Part shown: one piece after another, positions 13,703-26,104 of the stretch | Layout of the letters: every line of letters starts with the position of its first letter | Position numbering within the stretch: the stretch's first letter is position 1 | Source of the DNA: Hyphochytrium catenoides | Lineage: Eukaryota > Protista > Hyphochytriomycota | Length of the DNA stretch: 63,968 nucleotides | NCBI GenBank assembly: GCA_900088475.1 | Contig: FLMG01000355.1 | Span: forward strand, 186,001-249,968 | Direction: 5' to 3' | The notes under the pieces: model-generated | What the model was told of the DNA's origin: nothing | Database searches by the model: none | What the model saw: only the letters and a program-made list of their open reading frames with translations | Program-made: the position numbers and the translations under genes

Positions 13703-14019
13703 ACTATGATTCTTCCTTCTCTAATAACGAACGTAGAGAAGATGATAGAGTTGACGAAGAGACCATGAAAGCTTTGTAGCTCTTTTGTCTCTTCTTCTCT
13801 TTCTTCTCTTTATCTTCTTCTTCTCTTTCTTTCTCCTTCTTAGTGATGGTCTCGGTGTTGTCATCTCCTCCTCCTCCTTTTTCTTTTTCTCCTGTTGTCC
13901 GTTTTAGTTACAGAAGAGGAAATCTACTATGATTCTTCCTTTTGTGATAACGAGTGTGGAGAAGATAATTGAGCTGGTGAAGAGACGAAGGCTTGGTAGC
14001 GCTTTGTTGTCTCTTCTTC
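13703..14019. repeat. Degenerate ~95-bp direct repeat (about 13703-13797 and 13926-14019) with CTT-rich tails
   Basis: ACTATGATTCTTCCTT..ATAACGA..GAGAAGAT..GAAGAGAC..GTAGC..TGTCTCTTCTTCT present in both copies, with mostly transition differences. Confidence 0.85.
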
Positions 14020-14643
14020 TTCTTCCTCTTCTCATTCTTCTTCCAGTCATAGGAGCTACTAGCTGTCAACTGATCAATAATAAAGAAGATTTTATTTTAT
14101 GAAAAACTGAGTTGTTGAAACGTCTTGAAGAATTTATGGGCCATGATCGGTCCAGCCTTTTGAAAACAGAAAGAATTGACCAATCAGCATTATTTTTATT
14201 GATTGTTTATGACTCTTTTTACTTTTATGGTTTTGTTTATGGAAGATAATATTGGAAGTGCGAAAGGTCAGTGAAATGTTTTATGTTGTGATGGGAGGAG
14301 GATGGACGATGAGCTTCTAGGCCTGGCAGCAGTGTGTTGGCTCCACCACATGGCCAGCAACATGGAACCTTCGGTCCCAGCTGCCCAGCTGACATCCCTC
14401 CCTGCCTCTACAGCTACTACCTCTACACTTACTATTCCAAGCCTTTCGGCAGTCTCCTCATGAGCTCAGTAGACATGCCCGAGGTCACTCTCAATCTGAG
14501 CTCTCAGGGAAGAAGTGCCTCACCGTGCACCGTCTTGCACCTTAGCGTTTCGTAGCTGGGCTGCAGCACCGCAACTTTCCCCGCTGGAAACCCTTCAGCG
14601 CCGTCTAACCATCGGCCAAACGGATAGACCCTCTAAGCATGTC

Positions 14644-16302
14644 ATGACCTCTCATAGAGTGCTTGAGGTTCATATTGGCGGCCTCACGGCGCTTCCTCCA
14701 CAGCCCGAAAGCACTTTCCTTCGCATCCTATTGCTGACCGAGGCATCCATTAATGCGGGCAATCTCCATGGTAAGCGAGCATAGATCGTCCACAAATAGT
14801 AGCGAGGTGTGAACCATAGACGAGGAAGGATAGGATGACTTCACGGTTCTGCCAATGAAGGTGAAAGAGTTCAGCTTAGACATTTCCATGCGTCATGGTC
14901 CAAACGGAAGATAGGCGGGATGCGATATCAATAGATATACGATAAGTTGACATTGACAACGGGCTGTTATCAGGCGGGCAGATTGTCCTAACTGGCGGAG
15001 AAGCAGCACTTCCAACGCCCTCATGCCAAGAGCCAGCTAGCAGCAATGGAGGAGGAGTATGTTTCGAGGTATAGTCCATTCACCTTGCGCATTGTATCGC
15101 CAGCCACCAATTGCAATATGTTATCCATTCGATAGTTACTAAAGATATATCGTCTCACAGGTGAAGATACTACCGAGGATCACAAAGCTGCCACTTACCG
15201 TCGCGCTAGAGATATGGAGGCGCGGACCCGGTGCTGAATCAATAATAGCGCGAGGGAAGGCCGAGATTGGCAGCCTTCGAAAGAGAAAAGAAAGAGCTTG
15301 CCCAGCCATCGAAAAAACCGTTGACCTAAACCTTGTAGAGTCGGAGGACAAGCTGCCATTGTCTGTCCGGCTTATGGTGCTCGAAGAAATTGATGGCTTT
15401 TCTAACTCAGACTTGGATTCCGAATGTGGGGGAGAGGCTCGATTTGATTGGGAGACAATGACCGACCGGGACGATAAGGAGGACGAAGTAATGGCTCCCT
15501 TCACCTTCACACGCCCGTCAACTCCGATAGACTGGAGGCTCATCGATCGACTAGACCTTGATCAACTTTTTTTGGAGGTAAGTGACCTACTAGAAGGGAG
15601 ACCTTGGCCATAGTGTTCCTTGTCTCACCTTTGGTTCTGCCAGAAGGATAGGAAAGCGCTGATGGCCTGTCTCCGGACGGTCAGTCGAGGGTACATTGGT
15701 CGCGAAAGTAAGTGCTCTCTCTCTCCATTCCTTAAAACGTGGCCTGTTAACGAGTGGGAGTTTAGAGTGGAGTAAGCCCTACGCCCTTATTTGACTGCCA
15801 CGGTTTATATTTAGAGATGGCGGACATATGCCCTGACGCTCCAGAGGGAATGCTTGTAGTCTTTGAGATCTTGCAGATGTACAGCCAACTTCTGCTATAC
15901 GAGCACAAGGCAGCACAGCTGAGGCTCAGGTAAGTTTTTCCAGAGAGCTTGGAAACCGGCACGCTGCTATGTATTATCCCTAGTCTGGATCATCAAACTA
16001 AGCACAGGCCTTTCTGCTGCAGAAGAGCCAGTAAAACAATGCATCAGGGTAAGCGCGACGTAAGAGAGAGAAAAGTAGCACTCAAGACACGGAAGAAGGA
16101 AGTACGCCTTCTGCGTCATGAACTTCGGGCTCAAGAGGAGCTATTGGAAAACTACCAGGCACTGTTGCCCTACGTCAGCCTGCCAGGTCAACATTATGCC
16201 ACCGAGGCTCTAGAAAGTGCATCGTCAGAGGAACGGCAGGAGAGAGATGATAAAAGCAACGAAGAGAATGTCAGGGGCCTGACCAGACAACGCAATGACT
16301 GA
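14644..16302 (+). CDS. Putative C2-like + Dzip1/Iguana N-terminal-like coiled-coil protein; ~6 exons
   Basis: Phase-consistent splicing (14644-14770, 14974-15068, 15161-15577, then three more exons). Dzip-N-like FTFTRPSTPIDWRLIDRLDLDQL..ALMACLRTVSRG..VFEILQMYSQLLLYEH followed by coiled coil. The N-terminal beta-strand-rich region resembles C2. Confidence 0.65.
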
Positions 16303-16787
16303 CTTCTTTCCCTCAAAGCGCTGCAGCAGTTCTTTAGACGCGAACCTTATTGGCTGTGTAATAAGAAAGCAGCAGGACATGCACTGCCTCTGAATAAAGA
16401 TCACGGAAGATGACGCTTGGCTTCAGATGTCTATTGGTCCACTGTGCGCCGATGGTAGAGCTGTTTGTGAGTTCGAGCAGATCAGTGTAGTTATCTGACA
16501 ACTGGGGGTGTATTTGGACCGTTAGCGGTAATTTTATGCATACCGTTAGCGGTAAGTGTATGATGCTTTCTGTTCTTGCCTTGCTTGTCACCCATCCGCC
16601 ATCAGCTCCTTGCGCCAAAGACCCAGCGCTTGGCCACCTCCTCATCGGTTATACATCGGAGACCAAACTTCATCTCCGAGCTCAACCTCTTTCTAGTGCC
16701 GATACATCGGCAAGCTCTGGATGACACTTGTCTGGGTTATCGGTCGATGGGCCTGCCTTGATTAGTTAGCCATTGGCTAGTTGCAAG

Positions 16788-19609
16788 ATGAGGTTAGGTC
16801 GGGCCTTATGGGGCCGTAAGAGGGTGGGGTCGATTGGCCCATTTGACGTAGCCAGTTCTAGACATCATGAGGCTTGGCGAACGAGACCCCTCGTTGCGCG
16901 ATACTTCTCCCAGAATCACTTTCGCCAGCCGCAAGAACATAAGAAAGAGAAAGGTCGCTGGAATTCGGCAGAAGAGTCCCCTTATGAGGTAACCCAGCAT
17001 TGGTGAAAGTCTCTCTGCTTGGTGCTGCCATTCCCCCTATGAATCACAAGTGGAGGGGCACTATTGCTATTCTAAAGCGACATCCTTGTAAAGGCTCTTC
17101 GCACTGTGAATTACAACCTCTTCTCTGCACATAAGCAGTCTCCTAAGTGATCTCTTAGAGTTGGCATTGACCTCCACGTTCTCTTACCGGGCTTCTGATT
17201 CCTGTGGTTACAGGGCTTCATATGCCTCAACAAACCTTCAGGGATGACGTCCCATGATTGCCTGATACCCATACGACGACTGCTGGGGATGAAGAGGATT
17301 GGTCACACTGGCACTTTAGATCCATTCGCCACAGGTCTCGATACTGCATCCGTTGAATGAAGATCTGTCTGTTCCTCACCTTCACTGCACCTGGTCACTT
17401 TCTTGCATCCCATGCCTATGACACCATAGGAGTGCTGGTTGTCGCCATCGGCCGCGCTACAAGGGCCATCCGGGTGCGTCACTGCCTATCGTTCTATCAA
17501 AATGCTACTGAGCCCACACTCACGGCCTTTCCGTTTGCTGAGCCGTCTGCCTCTCTTGCTTCCGACTCCATCCGTAATCCTGCTGTTCCCTATTTCTATT
17601 CATTTCTTGGTAATAGTTCTTGGAGAATGGTAAGCGATACAGGGGAACAGTGACATTTGGGAAGTCGTCCGACTCGGACGATATTGACGGGTGAGTAAGC
17701 TTGTAGAGAGTACTCTTTAGAGAATGCCCTATAAAACCCTCCTGCTTCTGCGGTCGTTCCCATCCGTCTCCTTTCGAGGTTTGGCTGATGTGGGCTCTTG
17801 TCATTCCAGCTCGATCACATATTTTGAGCCTGCACCCTGGCTTACAAGGGAACACATTGAGGAGCATTTGCCAAGGTAAGAGTCATTGGAGTGACGGCCG
17901 CGAAGGAGAAAAAAATCAACCAGGCTGGGACCAACGTGCCCGCAAGTAGTAATCAGAGGGACATGTCCCACCGTAAGAAAAGAAACTGTGGCAGCTATCG
18001 CTGATTCGCATTCAGGTTCATAGGCACTTTTGAGCAGAAGCCGCCAGTCGTTAGCGCTGTGAAGGTCCAAGGGAAACGCTTGTACAAGCTGGCAAAACAT
18101 GGCAAGGTAAGCCTTTACGAGCAACGTAGGGGAGATTTGACTAGAGGGGGACCAAGAAAGTCGTCTTTGAGAATAGGCCTCACTCAATGCTGCCATTATA
18201 AGCCATCCATATGAAGTTTTGGTCAACCTTTAAAAGAGTATGTTGCCTGATCCGACTCCTCCGCCCGGTACTCTTGAGATGCTCTAGCCGTCAGGATGCA
18301 CCGATCTTCGAGAGGTTTACTTTGTATCATTTTGCTGACCAATTCGCATTCCTATCTCTCGCGTGGGCTCCTATTGAATGCCACAGGTGACTGAGGAGGA
18401 TGTGCCAGCACGCACGGTAACCGTGGACTCCATAAAAATTGAGGAATTTGTCCCGGGAGAGTATCCTACGGTAAATGACTCACCAGGAGCCTTGCTTTGC
18501 GGATAAGGAGAGATAGCATGAAGATAACTATGAAGAAGGAGAGGAGAGGATGAGAAAGAGAAAAGCAGCTCACTAACCGATCCTAAGCGTTGTAGAAGGA
18601 GTACAGGGAGAGAAAGGAGAATGAATGCTTGAAGAAGGGTGAGAGTCATGGCTCTGACTGTATCAGTGCAGGTTTCCCTAGATATCGAATGTGGCGGTGG
18701 CATGTACATTCGGTCATTAGCCCGAGATATAGGCAACTGCATACTGGGACCCGACGGCAGGCCAGCTCGCGGGCTCCTAAGCGCCCTTCACAGAACCAAG
18801 AGTGGTTACTTTACTGATGACAAGGCGCTTGACTTTAGTCTGACGCGTTCGACGCCGGTATGCACGAGAAAATTGCGAGTTCTTTACTTTTAGAAAAGTT
18901 CCTGTTTGCCTTGTGAGGGTTGACCATGCTAGGCTATTTGGGAGTGAGAGAGTTAACCTCTAATTCTCATCGACTTTCTTTGGCGGTCGTTTCCTTTGTG
19001 TTGGTTGCCCGGGTCTTCAGTCTCTCCTGGCCTTTTTACCCTCATTCTGGCCGGCCTTCTTTCCCCTTTGACCATCGTTCTTTCGGACGCATTGATTGTG
19101 GCCTTCAGGAAGAGTTTGCCCGCCATGTGGTCCCGACGGAGGAGGTGCTTGGGCATCTGCCGTGGGTGACACTCAATGGGTATACCATCAGGGAGCTCAG
19201 AGAAGGCAGAGCCATCACAAACTTCGAGCCAATTAAGAATCTAGGAGGTGCCACAGAAGAGGCCTTCACGCTCACAACCTTTCGCTTTATCAATAACTTT
19301 ATTCTGTTCCCCTGTCCGTCTGTCCTCGTAATCACGCCTCTTCTTTCTACCCATTATGGCCCTATTCTCTTTCGCTCTGAGTTCACCCTTTGTCTGCATC
19401 GACTGCTTTTATTCAGCTCATTTATGGTTCATTTATATATTCCACGCCGCTGTCTTACCTTGCCTTTCAATGCTCCTTAAGCGAAAGGCTTCGTGCGCCT
19501 GTATGGTCGTGATGGGCCTGGGTCTGAATTGATTGGCATTGGACAGCAGCTGTGCCATACAAGCGGCTGGTGGAAGGTACGAAGAGTAAGAAAGTTAGGA
19601 AATTTTTGA
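16788..19609 (+). CDS. truB: tRNA pseudouridine-55 synthase TruB, probably organelle-targeted, multi-exon
   Basis: Spliced motifs [111 protein letters not shown]. Arg-rich N-terminal extension; stop TGA 19607-19609. Confidence 0.92.
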
Positions 19610-20452
19610 GAGGTGTCAAGGGAAGCGTCGCTCTAGTACTGTAACCGTGTAGAGCGGGAACCGCCGTAAGACGTGTCTGCTAATAGAGAGACAAAGCCGT
19701 GAAGGGAACTTGGACGAGCGTTTTGCTAATTAGATTATCTCTTCAGATTGAGCCAGAGGTTACCTTTCGCAGAAATGGAAAGCCTCGAAGGGACTTTGCA
19801 CCTTGGAACAATCCCAGAGAGGTGCACTTTGAAGAATGGGAGCAACGCACGCGGTTCTAGGGTCCCCCTATAGTTGCATCTACGGCCGGCAACTGGGAAA
19901 GACTGAGAGACACAAGCTCTACCCCTGCAGGGCAAAATGATCACGGAGACTGCTCAAAGATTGATACAACCTCATAAAATCGCCCTTGGCCAGGAAGGTT
20001 ATCAAATGCAGTGGGCTGGTGCGAATCTCAGACTCCCCTAAAGCGGCATGTTAATACACATGCTGAACTCGCAGAACTGCCACCTGCGACGCAGGTTTTC
20101 TAGGCCAGCAGTAGAGTTTCCTTATTCTCTCTCTTTCTCCCACCCCGCCGGCATCGGGTGGAAGAGAATGGAACGACTCACAGGACAGAAGAAGCATTAT
20201 CAAGCACCAACAGACAGAGAGAAAACCCTGATATCCCTAATAAATACAAATCCTGCCATAAGCCTTTAGTTGTGAATCGCTTTAGCTATTAGAGAAAAGT
20301 TAGTCCTGACCTATGCAAACTAATGATATAATTAGCCGGACGACAAGGAGACAAGAGCGTCCACTCTTCTCAGCGAATGGCTAGTCTGTCTAATGTCTCT
20401 CCTTCCGTCTTCGGCCGTTTATGCCGCTCCTATCCATGCACCTTACCCCCGT

Positions 20453-22054
20453 CTAGAGGGCGGTCTGACGCTGCCCGAGGCTGAGCTTAGCCATAGCAGC
20501 CAATCCTTGCTGGCGGGCATTAATTGAGCTTGCAAGCTTGTGCTCTAGAAGCATGTGGTTCTCAGGAGGAAGGCCAACGCAGGCACGGAAGATGTTGATC
20601 ATGCACTCTCTCTGAGCGAATAAAGCGTTTACGACCGGGGTGCCAGGCGGGACCAGAGGAGCCTTCAGCATGTAGCTGAGTACAGACAGAACGCTGTGCA
20701 TCTTTTCAAACTCCTTCTCGCCTTCTTTCTTAATTTGAATCCGCTCAGAAAGCTCGCAGATCAGCACCAAGTCAATGATGAGCGGGGACGCAAGAAGAGA
20801 GTCCTCGCAGGTATTATGCATAGAAATGGTATTCTTCCCACCTAGGAAGATCTCAGAAGTGTACTCATCCAGAGCACGCTTGCTATCGCCCACATAAGGC
20901 ACATATTTAATGACGACACAATGGTCAGGGTGCTCGTCCTCTTTGTAGAGGATCTTGTTGCTTCCAACCATGTCATCCACCACGTTGGACTTGGAGATCT
21001 CCTTGGAGCGGAACTGTTGAGGTGCAGACAGATTCTTGCCGTCGTTGTTACCCAGGTGATTGTAGCTTACGATGGAGACAGGCTTGATTCCTGCAGACAC
21101 CAAGAAGTCAACCAGAACGCTCTTCATCTTTGTCTGTCCGCTCTTGAAGTCGTCGCCGCCGATGAAGACCTTGTGCTGCTCTGCAAGGTCAATGACTCCA
21201 GGAACGAAGGTGTTCTGCGGGCTGCCATTGATGTAAGAGGTGCCCTCGAGAATGCTGGCTACAGCGAAAAGCGTAGAAGGAGAGATCTCATCTTCGCCTG
21301 CCTTGATGGAGGCCAAAAGGTTCTCGGCGGTATCGTTAACTCCTTCGATGATGTCAGCAAATCTCTCAGTATTCGCGGACCAAAGAACAATGACCTTGTC
21401 AAGCTTATTTTCAGCCTTGAAGTCCCTGATATTTTTCCTGATGGTCTCCATCTGCTCCCACTTGGAGCCAGAAAGAACGTTGTCCGCTCTGTCGGCCTGG
21501 TTGGCTGCGATGAAGTCGGGGAAATAGATGGAAGGAAGAGGCTTGATCTTGGACATGTAAGGCATGAGCTTCTGCTGCAAATCATACTCTAGCACACAGG
21601 CGCGCTGCATCGCTTGGCCAAGATCCAGTGAGGAGATATCCCATCCTCCAATCACCATGTCATTGGGGCTCACCATAGGAAGGAGGTTCTTGAATGGCAC
21701 ATATACGCCTTCACCGTTGGCAGCGGTGCCAAGACGTACGGTGGATGCCTGAGTGAGAGAGCCAAAGTAATCAGGCTTTCTCTCGCCTTCCTTGGTCATC
21801 CATGTCATGTTGTGCTTGTTGGCAAGTATGCCCGCGGTCACCGTGGTGCCGTTATTGCCGCCAAGGCCAACAATCATCACACCCAGCTTCGGCACCTTTC
21901 GCGCTGTCTTAAAGACGAATTTCTCGCTAACAGGCTTCACGCGGGTGCCCTCGACCCTAGTGGTCTGATAGGAGTACTCAGACAGGATCTCCTCATCGCT
22001 GTACTTCACATTAGGAGACTCCACGATAAACTCTTCGCCCAGATGCGTCGCCAT
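20453..22054 (-). CDS. INO1: Myo-inositol-1-phosphate synthase, 533 aa, no coding introns
   Basis: Single ORF with [72 protein letters not shown]. Confidence 0.98.
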   Translation of the reverse strand: MATHLGEEFIVESPNVKYSDEEILSEYSYQTTRVEGTRVKPVSEKFVFKTARKVPKLGVMIVGLGGNNGTTVTAGILANKHNMTWMTKEGERKPDYFGSLTQASTVRLGTAANGEGVYVPFKNLLPMVSPNDMVIGGWDISSLDLGQAMQRACVLEYDLQQKLMPYMSKIKPLPSIYFPDFIAANQADRADNVLSGSKWEQMETIRKNIRDFKAENKLDKVIVLWSANTERFADIIEGVNDTAENLLASIKAGEDEISPSTLFAVASILEGTSYINGSPQNTFVPGVIDLAEQHKVFIGGDDFKSGQTKMKSVLVDFLVSAGIKPVSIVSYNHLGNNDGKNLSAPQQFRSKEISKSNVVDDMVGSNKILYKEDEHPDHCVVIKYVPYVGDSKRALDEYTSEIFLGGKNTISMHNTCEDSLLASPLIIDLVLICELSERIQIKKEGEKEFEKMHSVLSVLSYMLKAPLVPPGTPVVNALFAQRECMINIFRACVGLPPENHMLLEHKLASSINARQQGLAAMAKLSLGQRQTAL

Positions 22055-22299
22055 CTTTTATCACGTCTTTGTCTGTCTTTCTGGCTGTTTTGACTGTCTC
22101 TTCTCTCGCTGCTTCTATAAAAGTTCTTGCAGTCTCTTAGAGCAGCGTCTTCCTTATCAGGAGATTGACAAGTGACTCGTCAGGACAGGACAGAGTCCTA
22201 GCGGCTTAGAGGCTGCTGTAACGCCAACAACAGGAAGAACTAGTAAGGAGAGGACAGCGTGGGACAATAGAAAGAGGAGAGAGGAGACAAGGAAGGAGG

Positions 22300-22302
<3 letters not shown>

Positions 22303-22348
<46 letters not shown>

Positions 22349-22430
22349 NNNNNNNNNNNNNNNNNNNNNNNNNNNNNNNNNNNNNNNNNNNNNNNNNNNN
22401 NTCTCTCTCTCTCTCTCTCTCTACTCTCTC
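22303..22430. repeat. (GA)n and (TC)n microsatellites flanking an assembly gap (N 22349-22401), upstream of INO1
   Basis: Read directly. Confidence 0.9.
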
Positions 22431-22959
22431 CCACTTCTTTGGCTGTGTCCGCCCCCCTCGCTCAGGACAACCTCACTGGCTCTCTTCTCTCTCTTCACTC
22501 TATCTTACTCCTATCCGTGCGTATGAACACTTAGATCAATATCTCGTGCTCACTCTTTCTACCGAGCCCCTTTCCCATGTCGCTATCACCAACCTGAGTC
22601 AACACGTTGTGTGGGAGATCATCGGCCTGTGTTTATATACAAATTGTGGTAAAAAGCAGGGCTGTGGGTTAGCAGGAATCAGATGGAAAGATGCGGTATT
22701 TAACGGGTCAGAATGACAGAGTTTGCCCACTAATAATCAAACCTGAGAAAAGCAAGACGAGCTGCTCTGGAGCTGTCACTGTGTCTCAAGCGTGGGGCCA
22801 TTGGTATCTACCCCTTGTCGGATGGTATATACAGTCATAGGTTGGGGGAAATTACCGAGGTTTATTTCGAGCTTTCTGGAAAACTTTCGGTGTCACGCAT
22901 CCCCCTGGACACTGAGATGAGCTGGTTGAGAGAGATGCAGATTTATGTTATAAGAGCTC

Positions 22960-25200
22960 ATCAGCCTGAGGAATGCTGTAGGTCGAGCAATCTCCTTAGC
23001 TCCACAAGGTTCTCCAGTACGAGTTCCAATGTCATCCTGGCAGCCATAGCAAGCTTGTGCTCTCCATCTCCAGTGTCTAGTACAACTGGGAAGTATGTCG
23101 TTACGTCATTGAAGTGATAGTGAGGTTTATTGCCGTAGTAATTTGATGGGTAGAGATTAAAAGGGCATTGCTCCTCCAACTCATATCACGACACATATGT
23201 CCCTCCACATGACCACTCTAAGATCTGCAACCGAGCTTGCAAGAGCTGAGTAGACTTGAGATGGTGTTAGAATAACAATGATCATCTTGCGAGGCGCGAG
23301 TCACCGCCCGGACCACCGGCTCTTGGCACACAGAAGGGATGAGGCAGCACTCTAAGATTCGAGGCTGAAGAAATTTAGCCGTCAGCAATCTGAAAAACCA
23401 GCTAGCTTCACTTCATGCTCCGTCCATATCCTTGCTTTCTGTTCATACAATCTTCTCCATTACTGGAACACCTTTGTGTGAAAGGCTTTTTCCCATGGAC
23501 TCTTCGTAGCTCGTTCGCGAATGCTTGCGCACATGTACCCTTACTTCAGCCCAAAGGAAAATCCACACTCGGTAGGCTTTAAGTCGCGTTCGGTAAGTGG
23601 GGGGCGGCTTAGTGGTAGGCATAGTCGTCCTCTCACAACTTTCGTCATCAACGCCGACTGGCAGACCATCTTCTTGATCTCACGGATAATCAAGTCCTGG
23701 ACCTATGCATTCCAGTTGGGCCCGGTATGCATGTACTTAGAGCGACATGTGAACACGCTTCGATGTTTGCTTTTGCACTCTCCACATACCGCCAATGGTG
23801 GCGGAGGTCGTGCAATAACAAGTTGGGGTCCTAGGGCAGTGGCTGGAAAGGGAGAGAATGAGCCAAAGTTTGGAACATGAGTTTGGTAGCGGACGGCCAA
23901 CTCAGCGCCAGGTTGAAGGCTCACTTCGCGTCCGCGGTAGTGCTGTGTACTACCTGGGGCCACAAGAGGAATGGACGAGAGGGTAGCACTAGACGACCCA
24001 CTTCGCGGTGCGATTAGTGGTGCTGAGTCGAAGACAGAGTTGGTAGTGGACGGGATGCTCACAGAGGAGGGGCCAACGGCAGCTGTAAGGTGAGATTGCC
24101 AAGAGGAACAAATTAGGTATTGTGAGGGACTAGGCATCAGGACACAGCCAATACCTGGTGATTGTGGCCCGCTATTGATGGTTGGCGAGGTTGAATAAGC
24201 GTCTGCCGCCACTTGGCTGGGTGAGCTTGAGAGGGATCTCTCAGCGGGAGTCCTCTAGACAGGGTAGGATGATCAGTCTCGAGCCGGGAGAAGGACAATT
24301 GGGCAGTCGCTCGACGTACCTTATCCTTCGGCTCCGAGACTCTCTCCGCGAGCTTGAGAAGGCGACTGTGTAAGAGCTCTTGGAACCTATGGAAGAGAGG
24401 TTTATATGGCTGATGGTTTAGATGAAGTATAGCTCTGAACTAACCGAACAACGTCTTCCAATCGACCATGATACACGTTCTCCATTATTGCAGCGACGAT
24501 GATCTCGTTGTCATCTAAAGCCTATGACCCAACGTCAGTCCCAAGTTAATCCTATTGTGAACAGCGTTCCCACCTGCTGTAAGTCTTGCCCTGAACTTTG
24601 GCTCATAGCGGGAAAGCTTGGCGATGACTGCACAGCTCGCTCCGCATGCCACTCTTGTGCACTTAGGGCCAATATTAACACATATCGCTCATCCCTTCAT
24701 CAGTCATCAATGAGCAGCACTATGGGCCATCTATGCAACAAACAGACTATATCCCCCAATGCTGCATACAGACTTCCCTGTGTCTTCATCTCCGCGGACC
24801 ATGGGCTATATTCGCAACAACAACAGAAACTTCTCGCTCATTCCTGCGTCGAGACTTTACTCATCACGTAATCGGAGACTGCAAAGGAAGCTTCACTAGT
24901 GGACTTGGCTTTCATACTTAGGGCCGCAAGGCCTTCTTAACGTCTGAAAGGTTGATGCAGGTCGGTGTACGCTGCTGGTATGGGTGTTCTTATCAATGGC
25001 GTATGGAGTTGGGAGTGGCGGTGGTAGTTCCTGAGGTAGTACGATTGTAGCGGCGGCAGTATTGAGTTCTGCGATGGAGGATCTGTCGTTTGATGATGTG
25101 ATGGAAAATGTATAGGCTTTCAGTCTTTGATTATCGCCTTACGTAAGGTACAATAATCACAGCTTTGATTATCACCCCAAATGAGGTTTGACGGTTTGAC
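22960..25200 (-). pseudogene. Decayed coding region or element remnant of unknown family
   Basis: Several protein-like minus-strand stretches broken by stops and frameshifts, including a C-x2-C-x9-C-x5-H motif (CGECKSKHRSVFTCRSKYMH). No coherent spliced model found. Confidence 0.4.
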
Positions 25201-26104
25201 ACTAATTTGACAACAGCTGATTGAGATCGTACAGAGTCAGACATACCCTGAAATTCCAAGTACAAAAATGACCACAATAATGTGCTATATACATTTTGAA
25301 TCCGTCAGAAGTATGTCAGTTTCATTGTTTTTGTCTAGTAGAAACATTGAAATATACCTTCTACTGAATTGGCCTCTACTAGCAAGAACATTCTGTAAAT
25401 AACCTTTGAAAGCTTCAAGGAGGTGAGATAACCTTTCATTTCAGAGGAACCTAGCAGTCCCTGTTCGTGTTGCTTGTGTTAGTCCAAGGGCATACACTAA
25501 TGGGTTTAGACTCTATCTGAGTTTAGGGGTTAAAGGTATGTTATAAAGTCTGCGGGTTTACAGACATGACATGAATTTGACATGGTTCTGATTGCTGTGT
25601 AAGCCGCCGATCCATCATGATAGTCATCGTGCTCCAGAGATCAGACAGGAGAGCACGAGGCCCAAGCCGTGAAACGAGAAGGCGCAGGTGCTGCTCCCTG
25701 CCTTGCCCTCTCAAGGCCAACGCAATGCCAGGCGAAGACAGCGCTGGGTTGATGGTAAGGGAAGGCTTAGTCCTTCCCCATCCCCGTTTTTCAGGGGTAA
25801 GTGGCCAGAAGGCGCGATGGATGAGGGCAGGAAAGTGCATGTCAGTGATGAGACGAACCATCGCACCTCCTCCTTTCACGATGCTTCCTACTTCCGTCTC
25901 AGGTTTTCCTGGTCCATCACACATCCTAATCTGGTCGCCTGCCTTTACGAGATCAGTTGCAGAGCTTCCGTGTATCTTCAACGGCTGATAGCGCAAAGCA
26001 AGAGATACTCTGTAATGTCATTTAGGCCTTAAATTTGAGGAGCTCTAAGAACTAGTTCTACTCTCGTTTTCTCATAAAGGGCAGTAGTCCAGTCGGACAG
26101 TGCC

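Noticed and set aside
1738-19609. Introner-like (transposon-derived) intron families
   Set aside because: The introns I compared by eye share no sequence similarity, terminal inverted repeats or target duplications. This was not an exhaustive alignment.
20042-20068. GCGGCATGTTAATACACATGC resembles the 5' conserved block of bacterial/organellar SSU rRNA
   Set aside because: Only about 20 nt with indels, and the flanks show no rRNA similarity; likely chance.
23440-23705. In-frame TAG/TAA within protein-like sequence suggesting stop-to-Gln recoding
   Set aside because: Conserved genes here end normally in TAG (LC4, INO1), TAA (eIF6, aconitase) and TGA (PYROXD2, TruB) and contain no internal stops; decay explains the pattern better.
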